From NCBI GenBank assembly GCA_963727505.1, contig CAVSGP010000009.1, positions 384,001 to 448,000 of the forward strand: DNA of 64,000 nt. Direction: 5' to 3'. Under the pieces are notes generated by a model. The model did not search any database. It was not told the DNA's origin and saw nothing but the letters and a program-made list of their open reading frames with translations. Origin of the DNA: an uncultured Trueperaceae bacterium. GTDB lineage: Bacteria > Deinococcota > Deinococci > Deinococcales > Trueperaceae. A program made the position numbers and the translations under genes. Shown here piece by piece: positions 35,165-45,908 of the stretch (positions within the stretch are counted from its first letter, which is position 1; each line of letters starts with the position of its first letter).

Positions 35165-36111
35165 GCTGACCCTCCGGAAGGAACGCCGCTCGCCGTCGGT
35201 CGCGGTGCGGGACGGGACGTGGTGAGGGCGGCGAGTTCCACGGCCACGGCGGCGGCGAGGCGTGCGTTCTCCTCGAGCAACCGCAGGTTGGTTTCGACGG
35301 TGGCGCCCTCCGAGAGCTCGGCCAGCCGCGCCAGCAGGTATGGGGTGGTGTCGCGGCCGCGCACGCCGCGCGCCTGCAGGTCCGTGCGCGCCCGTTCCAG
35401 CCACGCCGCGAAGCGTTGGGGGTCCAGGCCGTCCGACACGGGGTTGGACAGGACGATGCCGGCGTCGAGCCGGAGCGCGCGCTGCGCGAGCAGCACCTGC
35501 GCGGCTTCACGCGGCGTCTCCACGCGCGTGGGCAGGGGGAGGTCGATCTCGGAGACGACGAAGCCCGCCAGCCTGGCAGAACGGAACCCCACCACGGGGA
35601 CACCGAGGCTCTCCAAGCGCTCCAGGGTACCGGCCGCGTCGAGGATGCTCTTGGGGCCCGCACACACCGTCAGGACCGGGTAGCGCGCGAGCGCGCCGAG
35701 GTCGGCCGACTCGTCGAACGGGTGATCGTGGACACCGCCGATGCCTCCGGTCGCGAAGACCGGGATGCCGGCGCGGGCGGCCGCGTAGAGGGTGGCGGCG
35801 ACGGTCGTGCCGGCACTGGCCCCGCCGGCAAGCAGGGCAGCCAGGTTCCAGAGCGAAGCCTTGTCGGCGCCGTCGTCGTGCGCCAGCCGCTGCAGCGCCC
35901 CATCGTCGATGCCCACCATCAGCTCTCCGTCGAGAACGGCGACCGTTGCCGGTGTGGCTCCCGCTTCGCGCACCACCTGCTCGAGGCGGCGTGCGAGGGC
36001 GAGGTTCCGGGGGCGTGGCAGCCCATGGGTCACCACGGTCGACTCGAGCGCCACTACCGGGCGGCCCGTGCGCAGGGCCTCTCGGATCGGCGGGGCGATG
36101 CGCAGGCTCAC
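35161..36111 (-). CDS. psuG: Pseudouridine-5'-phosphate glycosidase
   Basis: VVALESTVVTHGLP, GTTVAAT, FATGGIGGVH, DESADL, CAGPKSILD, TTPYLL. Confidence 0.93.
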   Translation of the reverse strand: MSLRIAPPIREALRTGRPVVALESTVVTHGLPRPRNLALARRLEQVVREAGATPATVAVLDGELMVGIDDGALQRLAHDDGADKASLWNLAALLAGGASAGTTVAATLYAAARAGIPVFATGGIGGVHDHPFDESADLGALARYPVLTVCAGPKSILDAAGTLERLESLGVPVVGFRSARLAGFVVSEIDLPLPTRVETPREAAQVLLAQRALRLDAGIVLSNPVSDGLDPQRFAAWLERARTDLQARGVRGRDTTPYLLARLAELSEGATVETNLRLLEENARLAAAVAVELAALTTSRPAPRPTASGVPSGGSA

Positions 36112-36219
36112 GCGGTCATCTTACCTCAGCCCTCCGGCCGCCCCCGGGCGCCGATGGAGCCGATGCGCCGGGGTTCCCCCCGGCATGCACGTGAGCGCGG
36201 GTCATGCTACGCTCGGGCC

Positions 36220-36549
36220 GTGCAGAGCCCGGATCTGCAGACCGTCTTCCCGTTCGTAGAACAGCTAGGGTTCGGCGCGGTGGCCGGCTTCGCGGCGGGT
36301 TTCGCGCTCAAGAAGGTCGGGAAGCTGGTGGCGATCGCCGTCGGCTTGCTGTTCGTGGTCGTGCAGGTGCTCGCTTATTACGGGTTCATCTCCATCAACT
36401 GGACCGCGGTGCAGAGCAGCGTCGACCCCATGTTGACGCCGAACTCGCTGAACGGGGCGTGGCACACCGTGCTCGCCGTGCTCACCTACAACATCGCCTT
36501 CGCGGCGGCCTTCGTGCCTTCGTTCGTGTGGGGGTTGAAGCGCGGCTGA
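36220..36549 (+). CDS. FUN14 domain membrane protein
   Basis: QLGFGAVAGFAAGFALKKVGKL, LAYYGFISINW; GTG 6 nt after TACGCT. Confidence 0.85.
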   Translation: MQSPDLQTVFPFVEQLGFGAVAGFAAGFALKKVGKLVAIAVGLLFVVVQVLAYYGFISINWTAVQSSVDPMLTPNSLNGAWHTVLAVLTYNIAFAAAFVPSFVWGLKRG

Positions 36550-36693
36550 ACGCCGGCACTCCGGTGTGGTCGCCGTCGCGGCTCACGCGTCGAGGGCCCG
36601 CTGTCCCCGCGGTGGCGGGCTCGGCGGACCGGCGTGTCGTCGGCGACCCTGCGCCCGGGGGCGGTGGGCGGTAGGCTAGAAGGGTGTGAAAAA

Positions 36694-36714
36694 CCTGAGT
36701 GCTTGGCGCTCAAA
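36694..36714. promoter_or_regulatory. HAIR-like (HspR) operator
   Basis: CCTGAGT-N7-GCTCAAA versus consensus CTTGAGT-N7-ACTCAAG; lies just upstream of the groES -35. Confidence 0.65.
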
Positions 36715-36718
36715 GTCC

Positions 36719-36747
36719 TTGACAACGCACCCCAGCGCGGATACGAT
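36719..36747 (+). promoter_or_regulatory. Sigma-A promoter of groESL
   Basis: TTGACA, 17 nt, TACGAT. Confidence 0.85.
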
Positions 36748-36755
36748 GATCGCAG

Positions 36756-36782
36756 TTAGCACTCACGTGTCGTGAGTGCTAA
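36756..36782. promoter_or_regulatory. CIRCE element (HrcA operator)
   Basis: Perfect TTAGCACTC-N9-GAGTGCTAA. Confidence 0.97.
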
Positions 36783-36820
36783 TCTCATGGAGACCCAACC
36801 CATCCGACACGGAGGAAACT

Positions 36821-37129
36821 ATGGCAGTGACCGAGGACAAGATGACCCTGAAGCCACTCGGTGACAAGGTCGTCGTCGAGGTGATCGACGAGCCGCAGAC
36901 CACGGCGAGCGGCATCGTCCTTCCCGACACGGCGAAGGAGAAGAGTCAGCGTGGCAAGGTCCTGGCCGTCGGCCCGGGCAAGGTGCTCGACAGCGGTGAG
37001 CGCGAGCCCATGGAAGTGAAGGTCGGCGACACGGTGGTGTTCGCCAAGTACGGCGGCACCGAGGTCAGCCTCGGCGCCAAGGATCTGATGATCCTGAGCC
37101 AGCGCGACATCCACGCCGTCGTCAAGTGA
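36821..37129 (+). CDS. groES: Co-chaperonin GroES
   Basis: [47 protein letters not shown]. Confidence 0.97.
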   Translation: MAVTEDKMTLKPLGDKVVVEVIDEPQTTASGIVLPDTAKEKSQRGKVLAVGPGKVLDSGEREPMEVKVGDTVVFAKYGGTEVSLGAKDLMILSQRDIHAVVK

Positions 37130-38800
<1,671 letters not shown>

Positions 38801-38834
38801 TCCAGGCGGCCCGATGTCGAGCGCGTACCGCGCT

Positions 38835-38884
38835 CACACTACGAGCGGGGCGGTTCCTTCGGGGGCCGCCCCGCTCGTAGTGTG
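38835..38884 (+). terminator. Long hairpin after groEL with cUUCGg tetraloop
   Basis: CACACTACGAGCGGGGCGGTTCC-TTCG-GGGGCCGCCCCGCTCGTAGTGTG. Confidence 0.75.
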
Positions 38885-38980
38885 CGTCGCCGTGTCCCTC
38901 GTCGTTCGCGCCGCTGGCCGCGCGGGTCGCGCGGAGCGCCGGACGGTGCGCGCCGGCCGGCACAGGAGTATCGTCACGCC

Positions 38981-40222
38981 ATGAGCGAGCTCCAGGCGTG
39001 GCTGGCGACCCGGGCGGAGACCTTCGTGCCGCCCGACTACGAGGGCGGGTCGTTGGTCAACGTGCCGGCCACGGTGGGGCACCTGCTCGGCGTGCGGCGG
39101 GGCTGGTCGTCGCCGCCGCTGGCCGCCGCGCACGGCCTCGGTGGGATCGAGGCGTCGCGGGTGCTGCTGCTGGTGATCGACGGCCTGGGCCTCGAAGCTC
39201 TGGAACGCCACAGCGCGTTCGCGGCGCGCGTGCGCGCTCTGGCAGAGGAGGCCGGTGGCCGGATGACGACCCTGACGTCGGTGGTCCCGTCAACGACCAG
39301 CGTTGCAACCACCACGTTGCTGGGAAATGGCTCGGCGCCTGCCGAGACGGGGATGCTGGGCTTCAGTCAGCGCCTGCCGCGGCTCGGTCTGGTCGGCAAC
39401 ATGTTGTTCTGGACCGTTCCCGGAGAAGTCGGCGGTCTCGAGCGCCGAGGCCTGCGGCCCGAGGCCTTCGTGCAGAGCCCCTCCTTGTTCCAGACGCTCC
39501 AGGCGGGTGGCGTACCGTCCGCCGCCTTCCTTCCCGCGTCGATCGCGCGCAGCCCACTCTCACGCCTGCAGTTCCGGGGCACGGCGCCCCACGGGGCGCC
39601 CGACCTTGCGGCGGCGTTCGCGGCCGCCGAGCGCTTCCTGCGCTCGATTCGGTCCGGCTTCGCCTACGTCTATACCCCCGACCTGGACACCGTCAGCCAC
39701 CGGGAGGGTCCCGAGACACCGGGTTGGGAGCGTGTCCTGGACTCCATCCTTGCGGTGCTCGAGGCTTGGCGCCGGGGGTTGCGACCGTTCTCGGGACCTC
39801 CACCCTGGCTGCTGATCACCGCCGACCATGGCCTGGTGGCGACCCCTCCGGAAGAGCGCCGGCGCGTCGCCGAGCTCGACGGGGTAGGGCCCTTGCTGGC
39901 CCTGCGTCCCGGGGGTGAGCCGCGGCACCTCTACCTGTACGCGCGGGCCGGGGCCAGGGCGGAGCTGCTGGCGGCAGCATCGGAAGCGCTGTCGCCCGCC
40001 TTCCTGGTCGTGGATGGCCGGGAAGCGCTGGAGGCGGGCCTCTACGGCGACCCCGCCCGCTCGCATGTGGAGGCGGGCGACAGGGTCGGCGACGCAGTGG
40101 TGCTGGCGCGGGGCCGGGCATCGCTCTGGGCCGACGACGTGGACACCGTGCTGCTGGGGATGCACGGCTCGCTCGAGGCCGACGAGATGCGCATTCCGCT
40201 GCTCGCGCTGCCGTTGGGTTGA
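38981..40222 (+). CDS. Alkaline phosphatase superfamily protein (type I phosphodiesterase/nucleotide pyrophosphatase)
   Basis: LLVIDGLG, SVVPSTT, DLDTVSH, ITADHG, GMHGSL. Confidence 0.88.
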   Translation: MSELQAWLATRAETFVPPDYEGGSLVNVPATVGHLLGVRRGWSSPPLAAAHGLGGIEASRVLLLVIDGLGLEALERHSAFAARVRALAEEAGGRMTTLTSVVPSTTSVATTTLLGNGSAPAETGMLGFSQRLPRLGLVGNMLFWTVPGEVGGLERRGLRPEAFVQSPSLFQTLQAGGVPSAAFLPASIARSPLSRLQFRGTAPHGAPDLAAAFAAAERFLRSIRSGFAYVYTPDLDTVSHREGPETPGWERVLDSILAVLEAWRRGLRPFSGPPPWLLITADHGLVATPPEERRRVAELDGVGPLLALRPGGEPRHLYLYARAGARAELLAAASEALSPAFLVVDGREALEAGLYGDPARSHVEAGDRVGDAVVLARGRASLWADDVDTVLLGMHGSLEADEMRIPLLALPLG

Positions 40223-40241
40223 CGGGCGCCGGCCGCCCCGA

Positions 40242-41795
40242 TCAGGGCTGCAACAGGCTCCGGCCGGTCATCTCGGCGGGTTGCTCCAGGCCGAGGAGCT
40301 CGAGCAGGGTAGGGGCGACGTCGCCGAGCACGCCTCCGCTGCGTAGCGTTCCACGGCGCAACTCGGGATCGTCCGTCACCAGCACACAAGGTACCGGGTT
40401 GGTGGTATGGGACGTGTGGGGGCTGCCGTCGGCCTCCACCATCATCTCGGCGTTGCCGTGGTCGGCGATGATGATGGCCGCCCCGCCCTTGGCCAGCAGG
40501 GCCTCGAGCAGCCGCCCGAGGCCGGTGTCGGCGGCCTCGCACGCGGCGATGGCCGCGCGCAGCACGCCGGTATGCCCCACCATGTCTGGGTTGGCGTAGT
40601 TGAGCAGCAGGAAGTCGTCGTCGTCTTCCTTCAGGCGCCGGACGCTGGCGTCGGTGAGTTCCGGCGCGCTCATCTGCGGTTGGAGATCGTAGGTGGCCAC
40701 CTTGGGCGAGGGCACCAGCAGGCGCTCCTCGCCGGGATAGGGCTCTTCCCGCCTGGCGTTGAAGAAGTACGTCACGTGCGCGTACTTCTCGGTCTCCGCG
40801 GTGTGGTACTGCCGAAGGCCGGCCTCGCTCACCACCTCGCCGAGGACGTGCTGGAGCGCCGGAAGCTCGAAGGCGTAGGGGGCGTCGATCTCACGGTCGT
40901 ACTGCATGAGCGAGGCATAACGAACGCTCGGGTGCCGGCAGCGTTCGAAGGCGTCCCAGCCGGACCCGCCCAGCAGGGCGTAGGTGAGCTGGCGCGACCG
41001 ATCGGCGCGGAAGTTGAAGAACACGACGGCGTCGCCGTCGTCGATCTGGCCCACCGGGGCGCCGTCGTCCCCCGTGATCACCGTGGGTCGGATGAACTCG
41101 TCGGTCTCGCCACGCTGGTAGGCCGCCTCCACCGCCTCGGAGGCGCTCGAGGCGGTGCTCTCGGATTGCCCGCACACCACCGCCTCGTAGGCCAGGCGGG
41201 TGCGTTCCCAACGCTTGTCGCGGTCCATGGCGTAGTAGCGGCCCGACACGCTGGCCACGGCCGCGCCGGCGTCGAGCTCGGCGATCCGTTCCTCGAGCTC
41301 GGCCACGAAGCGGCGAGCGCTGTCCGGCGGGGTGTCGCGGCCGTCGGTGAAGACGTGAACGTACACCGGCGCCGTTCCGCGGCGCTTGGCGAGCTCGAGA
41401 AGCGCGAACACGTGCCGGAGATCGGAGTGGACGCCACCGTTGCTCAGGAGCCCCATCAGGTGCAGTGCGTGCCCTTCGGCCGCGTCGTAGGCCTGCGTCA
41501 GGACCTGGTTCTCGAAGAAGCTGCCGTCGTCGATCGCGTTCTGGATGAAGCTCAGGCTCTGCATCACGACGCGACCGGCACCCAGGTTCAGGTGGCCGAC
41601 CTCGCTGTTGCCCATCTGACCTTCCGGAAGCCCCACGCCGCGTCCCGACGCGGTCAGCTCGGTGTGCGGGTAGTCGCGCCAGATGCGGTCGAAGGTGGGC
41701 GTGCGGGCCAGTGACACGGCGTTGCCGGGACCGGCGGGGGCGAGGCCGAAGCCGTCCAGGATGAAGAGCGCCACAGGTTTGACAGGGCTTGTCAT
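40242..41795 (-). CDS. gpmI: 2,3-bisphosphoglycerate-independent phosphoglycerate mutase
   Basis: ILDGFG, GQMGNSEVGH, DGRD, GRYYAMDRD, ETEKYAHVT, NPDMVGHTG, ADHGNAE. Confidence 0.97.
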   Translation of the reverse strand: MTSPVKPVALFILDGFGLAPAGPGNAVSLARTPTFDRIWRDYPHTELTASGRGVGLPEGQMGNSEVGHLNLGAGRVVMQSLSFIQNAIDDGSFFENQVLTQAYDAAEGHALHLMGLLSNGGVHSDLRHVFALLELAKRRGTAPVYVHVFTDGRDTPPDSARRFVAELEERIAELDAGAAVASVSGRYYAMDRDKRWERTRLAYEAVVCGQSESTASSASEAVEAAYQRGETDEFIRPTVITGDDGAPVGQIDDGDAVVFFNFRADRSRQLTYALLGGSGWDAFERCRHPSVRYASLMQYDREIDAPYAFELPALQHVLGEVVSEAGLRQYHTAETEKYAHVTYFFNARREEPYPGEERLLVPSPKVATYDLQPQMSAPELTDASVRRLKEDDDDFLLLNYANPDMVGHTGVLRAAIAACEAADTGLGRLLEALLAKGGAAIIIADHGNAEMMVEADGSPHTSHTTNPVPCVLVTDDPELRRGTLRSGGVLGDVAPTLLELLGLEQPAEMTGRSLLQP

Positions 41796-41975
41796 GCGTC
41801 ACCTCGTTCACGCGGGCGCTACGGGCGCCGCCGCGATGGTGTTCTCATCGTCCGCGGGACGGCGGGCGGCGTTTCCACCCGGGCAGTCCCGCGGAAGCGC
41901 TGCCGCGGCTAGTCTACCGCCGCGCCCCCGCTGTTCGGCAGGGGAGCGAGACGGTCGTGGCGGCCGCGCAAGCGT

Positions 41976-42821
41976 TCACAGCGCACCGAGGACGCGCCGT
42001 ACTCGCTCGGGAAGGTAGAGGAGATCGTCGGCCTCCACGTCGTCGAGTGCTTTGCCCGCGGCAAGGGCGGCACGGCAGCGCGCGGCGCGCTCGAGCTGCG
42101 GCTTCAGGGCGGGGTCGGCCAGAACCTGCGGGAGCAGCTCCACGAGCGTTGCGTCGAGCGCGCGCTCGGCCAGGTGCTCGGCGACCGCACGCTCCTGCTC
42201 GCCGAGCTGTGGCGTGAGCGCCCCCGGCCGTACGGCCAGCTCGCGGGCCGCGTCGTTCACGCGCCCGCCCGCGGCGTAGCGGCTGCAGGCGTCGCAGAGG
42301 CCCGGTTCCGGCACCAGCGCCCCGCAGGTGGGGCAGGGCTGCCACCCCTCGCTCCTGCGCCGGGCCCGGTAGCCGAGCATGGCCCGTCCCGCGCGCAGGG
42401 CCGCGCCGGCGACCTCGTCGGGCAGGTCGAGCTCGCCGAGTCGGCGTGCCAGATCGGCCAGTGCCTCCGGGTCGGGACGGTCGGGCCCGGACTCGGGCGG
42501 AGCCTCCTCGGGAGCGCGGGGCCGTCCGACGGTGAAGCGGATGTCGCGCACCTCGCGGGCCTCGAATCGGCCGTGATAGACGTCCAGGAATCGCTGCCGC
42601 TGGAGGCTCAGGTGCATCGCGGTCTCACTGTCGCTGACGTCGACGTACAGGACGCCGTCCCGCAGGACCCTGGCCTCGGTGAAGCGCGCCACTTCTGCGC
42701 CGGCCACCTGGGGCCACAGCAGCACCGCCTCGGCCCGGCGCACGGCGCGCTTCAGGCCCGAGCGGCGGAAGAACTCGCCCAGCAACTCGGAGACGTGACG
42801 CTCAGACACGCTCGACCACAC
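41976..42821 (-). CDS. DUF721/DciA family protein with C-terminal Zn-finger-like CxxC pairs
   Basis: LWPQVAGAEVARFT, GVLYVDV, CPTCG...LCDAC; overlaps the recF 3' end. Confidence 0.85.
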   Translation of the reverse strand: MWSSVSERHVSELLGEFFRRSGLKRAVRRAEAVLLWPQVAGAEVARFTEARVLRDGVLYVDVSDSETAMHLSLQRQRFLDVYHGRFEAREVRDIRFTVGRPRAPEEAPPESGPDRPDPEALADLARRLGELDLPDEVAGAALRAGRAMLGYRARRRSEGWQPCPTCGALVPEPGLCDACSRYAAGGRVNDAARELAVRPGALTPQLGEQERAVAEHLAERALDATLVELLPQVLADPALKPQLERAARCRAALAAGKALDDVEADDLLYLPERVRRVLGAL

Positions 42822-43848
42822 CCTCCACGATGCTCAGAAGGCGGTCACAAGCGGGTGGGGGCTCGGTGCCGCTGACCAGGGCCTGCGGCGTGCGCGCGGT
42901 GAGATCGAGGAGGAACGCGCGGCGGCCGGCATCCAGCTCGGCCGTGAAGTCGTCGACGAGCAGGACGGGGGGTTCGTCGTGCTTCTCTTCGAGCAGATGG
43001 TACTCCGCGACCCGCAGGGCGAGCGCCGCGGTGCGGGCCTCACCGCGCGAGCCGTAAGCTTGCACGCTGTGCCCGTCGAGCGTGAGAGCCAGATCGTCGC
43101 GATGGGGGCCGACCGGGGTGAGCGCGCGCGCCTGCTCCTCGGTGCGTGCCAGCGCCAGCGCCTCTCCGAGTTCGCAGGCGGCGCGGTTCTGCTGAAGCGC
43201 CACGCCCAGGGCCTTGCCGTCGCCGGCGACCTCGGCGTATGTGGTGCCCGCCAACTCGGACACGCGCCGCACCACGCGAAGGCGCAGCGCGTCGATCTCG
43301 CCGCCGACCGCCACGAAGCGCTCCGTCCAGATTTCCAGTCCGGCACCCGACGTGCCGGCGCGCAGGAGCGCATTGCGCTGTTCCAGGACGCGCTGGTACT
43401 CGCGCAACAGGGCGGCGTAGCGGGCCGAGAGCTTGCAGAGCAGCGTGTCGAGGTAGCCTCGCCGCTTGCCGGGTGAGCCGTGCACGAGGTCGGCGTCTTC
43501 GGGCGTGATCAACACCGCGCTACTCACGCGGGCGATGTCGACCACACGTACCACCTGTCCGTCCAGGCGGAGCTGCTTGCGGCCCGGTGCCAGGCCGACC
43601 TCGATGCGGCTGACGCCCGCGGCGTGCTCGAGCTCGGCGGCCACGAACCCCTCGTTCTCCCCGATGCGCACGGTCTCGGCGATGGTGCCCGCCGGGAGCT
43701 CTCCGGTGCAGGCCAGGTAGGCGGCGTCCATGACGTTGCTCTTGCCTGACGCGTTGCGCCCGACCAAGGCAACGACGCCGGCGCCGAGCTCGATCTGCGG
43801 GGTACGTAGGTTCCTCAGGTTGAGCTGCGACAAGGAGCGCAGGACCAC
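42802..43848 (-). CDS. recF: DNA replication/repair protein RecF
   Basis: GRNASGKSN, QRNALL, GPHRDDL, GSRGEAR, VDDFTAELD; GTG 6 nt after TACACT. Confidence 0.95.
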   Translation of the reverse strand: MVLRSLSQLNLRNLRTPQIELGAGVVALVGRNASGKSNVMDAAYLACTGELPAGTIAETVRIGENEGFVAAELEHAAGVSRIEVGLAPGRKQLRLDGQVVRVVDIARVSSAVLITPEDADLVHGSPGKRRGYLDTLLCKLSARYAALLREYQRVLEQRNALLRAGTSGAGLEIWTERFVAVGGEIDALRLRVVRRVSELAGTTYAEVAGDGKALGVALQQNRAACELGEALALARTEEQARALTPVGPHRDDLALTLDGHSVQAYGSRGEARTAALALRVAEYHLLEEKHDEPPVLLVDDFTAELDAGRRAFLLDLTARTPQALVSGTEPPPACDRLLSIVEGVVERV

Positions 43849-43910
43849 GACCTCAGTGTAGCCTTCCGCCTGGGCGCGCCCGGCGCGCGTTGGGCCGCTG
43901 CAGCTGCCCT

Positions 43911-45131
43911 TCAGGCGGCGTTGGGCTGGACCGCCGGTCTGCTGTCCAGGCCGCGCGACAGCGTTGCCCACACTGCCGCCAGCGCGAGCAGGGCGGCGCC
44001 GGCCGCCAGGAGCACGGTGGCGTAGGAGGGCAGAGGCGCCACCGCTCCCGCCACGGCGGCGCCTATGGTGAGCCCAAGCGCGTTGGCGGGCAGAACGAGG
44101 CCGAGCACCTTCCCCCGCAGACCGTCGGGGACGATGAGCTGCAGGAGCGTGATCGACGCCACCTCGCCCAGGCCGAGGCCCGTACCGATCACCACGCCGC
44201 CGCCGAGCAGGCGGGGGAGCGTGCCGGTCGCGAGCAGCGCGAAGCCGATCGCGACGATCGTCTGTGCGACGGTCACGAGGTGGCGGGTGGGGACGCGCTG
44301 CACCAGCGCCGTGACGGCGGCGATGCCGATCAGCGTGCCAGCACTGATGAGCGCCTCGAACAGGCCGTAGCCGCGCGCTCCGTGGTGGGCCCGCTCCATC
44401 GCTAGCGGCATCAGCACGTTGAGCAGGTTCAGTGCGGCGTTCAGAACCAGAGTGGCGACCAGAAGAACCTGCAGCGGCGGCCGGCCGGCGAGGAAGCGGA
44501 CGCCGCCCGCCAGATCGGTCAGGAAGGGCGTGCGCTCTACCTGGGGGCCGCCGGGGAAGCGCACGACCAGGGCGGCAACGGCGAGGGCCAGCAGGCAGGG
44601 GGTGGCGAGAGCCAGGGTGGCCGGAGCACCGACGGTGGCGACCAGCGCGCCCCCTGCGCCCAGTCCCACCATCGGGATCCCCATGGTGGCCGCCTGCATC
44701 AAGGCGTTGGCTTGTGCGAGGCGCTCGGCAGGCACGATCCGTGGCAGGACGACGTTCCCCGCCGCGAAAGTGAAGATGGTGACGAGGCCGTTCAGAGGGG
44801 CGGCCAGGTAGAGCAGCCACAGCGGCAGCGCTCCGGTCAGGGCCAGCCCCGCCACCGCGGCAGTCAGCAGCGCGCGCGCCAGCGCGCCCGTCAGCAACGG
44901 CAGTCGCAGGGGGAGACGATCGGCGAGCGCACCCAGCAAGGGACCCCCGAAACGCGGCAGCGACGCCAGCAGCATCACGGTCGCCAGCTCCGCGCCGGAT
45001 CCGCCGAGGCCGAGCACCAGGAACGGCATGGCGATGAAGCCGAGCGCGTCGCCGATGGCGCTGACGGCGATGCCGAGCCAGTAGGCGGTGAAGTCGCGGT
45101 TGAACAGACGTGCGTGGCTGGGTTCCGACAT
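43911..45131 (-). CDS. MFS transporter
   Basis: About 12 TM helices, GALADRLP motif A, QLIVPDGLRGKV. Confidence 0.9.
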   Translation of the reverse strand: MSEPSHARLFNRDFTAYWLGIAVSAIGDALGFIAMPFLVLGLGGSGAELATVMLLASLPRFGGPLLGALADRLPLRLPLLTGALARALLTAAVAGLALTGALPLWLLYLAAPLNGLVTIFTFAAGNVVLPRIVPAERLAQANALMQAATMGIPMVGLGAGGALVATVGAPATLALATPCLLALAVAALVVRFPGGPQVERTPFLTDLAGGVRFLAGRPPLQVLLVATLVLNAALNLLNVLMPLAMERAHHGARGYGLFEALISAGTLIGIAAVTALVQRVPTRHLVTVAQTIVAIGFALLATGTLPRLLGGGVVIGTGLGLGEVASITLLQLIVPDGLRGKVLGLVLPANALGLTIGAAVAGAVAPLPSYATVLLAAGAALLALAAVWATLSRGLDSRPAVQPNAA

Positions 45132-45160
45132 GCCCTCAGCATGCTAGAGTTCTACTGGAG

Positions 45161-45871
45161 ATGGAACAACCGAATTCCAGTAGTTCCTCGGACAACGCCT
45201 GGGAGGTTCGTACTCCCCTCCAGGCCCGCCTTCTGAGCGACGCGACGAGTCGCGCATACTTCCAGCCCTTCCTGGGGCGGACACGCTCCGTCTCGCAGGC
45301 GGCGAAGGAGGTCGGCTGCGCGCTCGACGCCATGCACTACCGCGTCCGGCGCTTCCTCGCGGCGGGGCTGCTGGAGATCCAGGGGGAGCGGCCCCGCGCC
45401 GGGCGGCCGATCAAGCTCTACCGGTCGGTGAGCGACGCCTTCTACATCCCCTTCGCCCTCACCCCGTACAGCGAACTGGAGGAGCGCATCCTCGCCGACG
45501 TGATCCGTGAGGACGAACGCGTGGTGAAGGCGCTGGCACGGGCGCTACGAGCGGGCGGGGTGGAGGGGCGACGACTCTACCGGGGCGCCGACGGCCAGAA
45601 CATGTACGAGTCGGCCGCGGACGCCGGGGTCGGGCGCGACTGGCGGGCCGCGGTAACGGCGTGGCCCCCGGGCTGGCCGGTCACGGAACGGCTGGAGATG
45701 GAGTTCGCGTTGACCGACGACGAGGCCCGCAGGATGCTCATCGAGCTGTACGAGGTGCTGGAGCGCTACCGCACGTTGGAGCGCGACGAGCGGCCCCGAA
45801 AGACCTACCACGCCCAGGTCACCGTCGTTCCCTGGGAGGATCGATCCGCCCCGAGCGGGCCCGAGAGGTGA
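45161..45871 (+). CDS. Winged-helix (ArsR-like) transcriptional regulator
   Basis: SVSQAAKEVG...MHYRVRRFLAAGLL...GRPIKLYR; divergent from the MFS gene. Confidence 0.8.
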   Translation: MEQPNSSSSSDNAWEVRTPLQARLLSDATSRAYFQPFLGRTRSVSQAAKEVGCALDAMHYRVRRFLAAGLLEIQGERPRAGRPIKLYRSVSDAFYIPFALTPYSELEERILADVIREDERVVKALARALRAGGVEGRRLYRGADGQNMYESAADAGVGRDWRAAVTAWPPGWPVTERLEMEFALTDDEARRMLIELYEVLERYRTLERDERPRKTYHAQVTVVPWEDRSAPSGPER

Positions 45872-45908
45872 AGGGGACGGCGGAACCCCGATGCTACACT
45901 GGCCCGTG

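Noticed and set aside
42802..44820. 672-aa ORF suggesting RecF with a long N-terminal extension
   Set aside because: The extension is an alternative frame of the MFS gene. RecF starts at GTG 43848 after TACACT.
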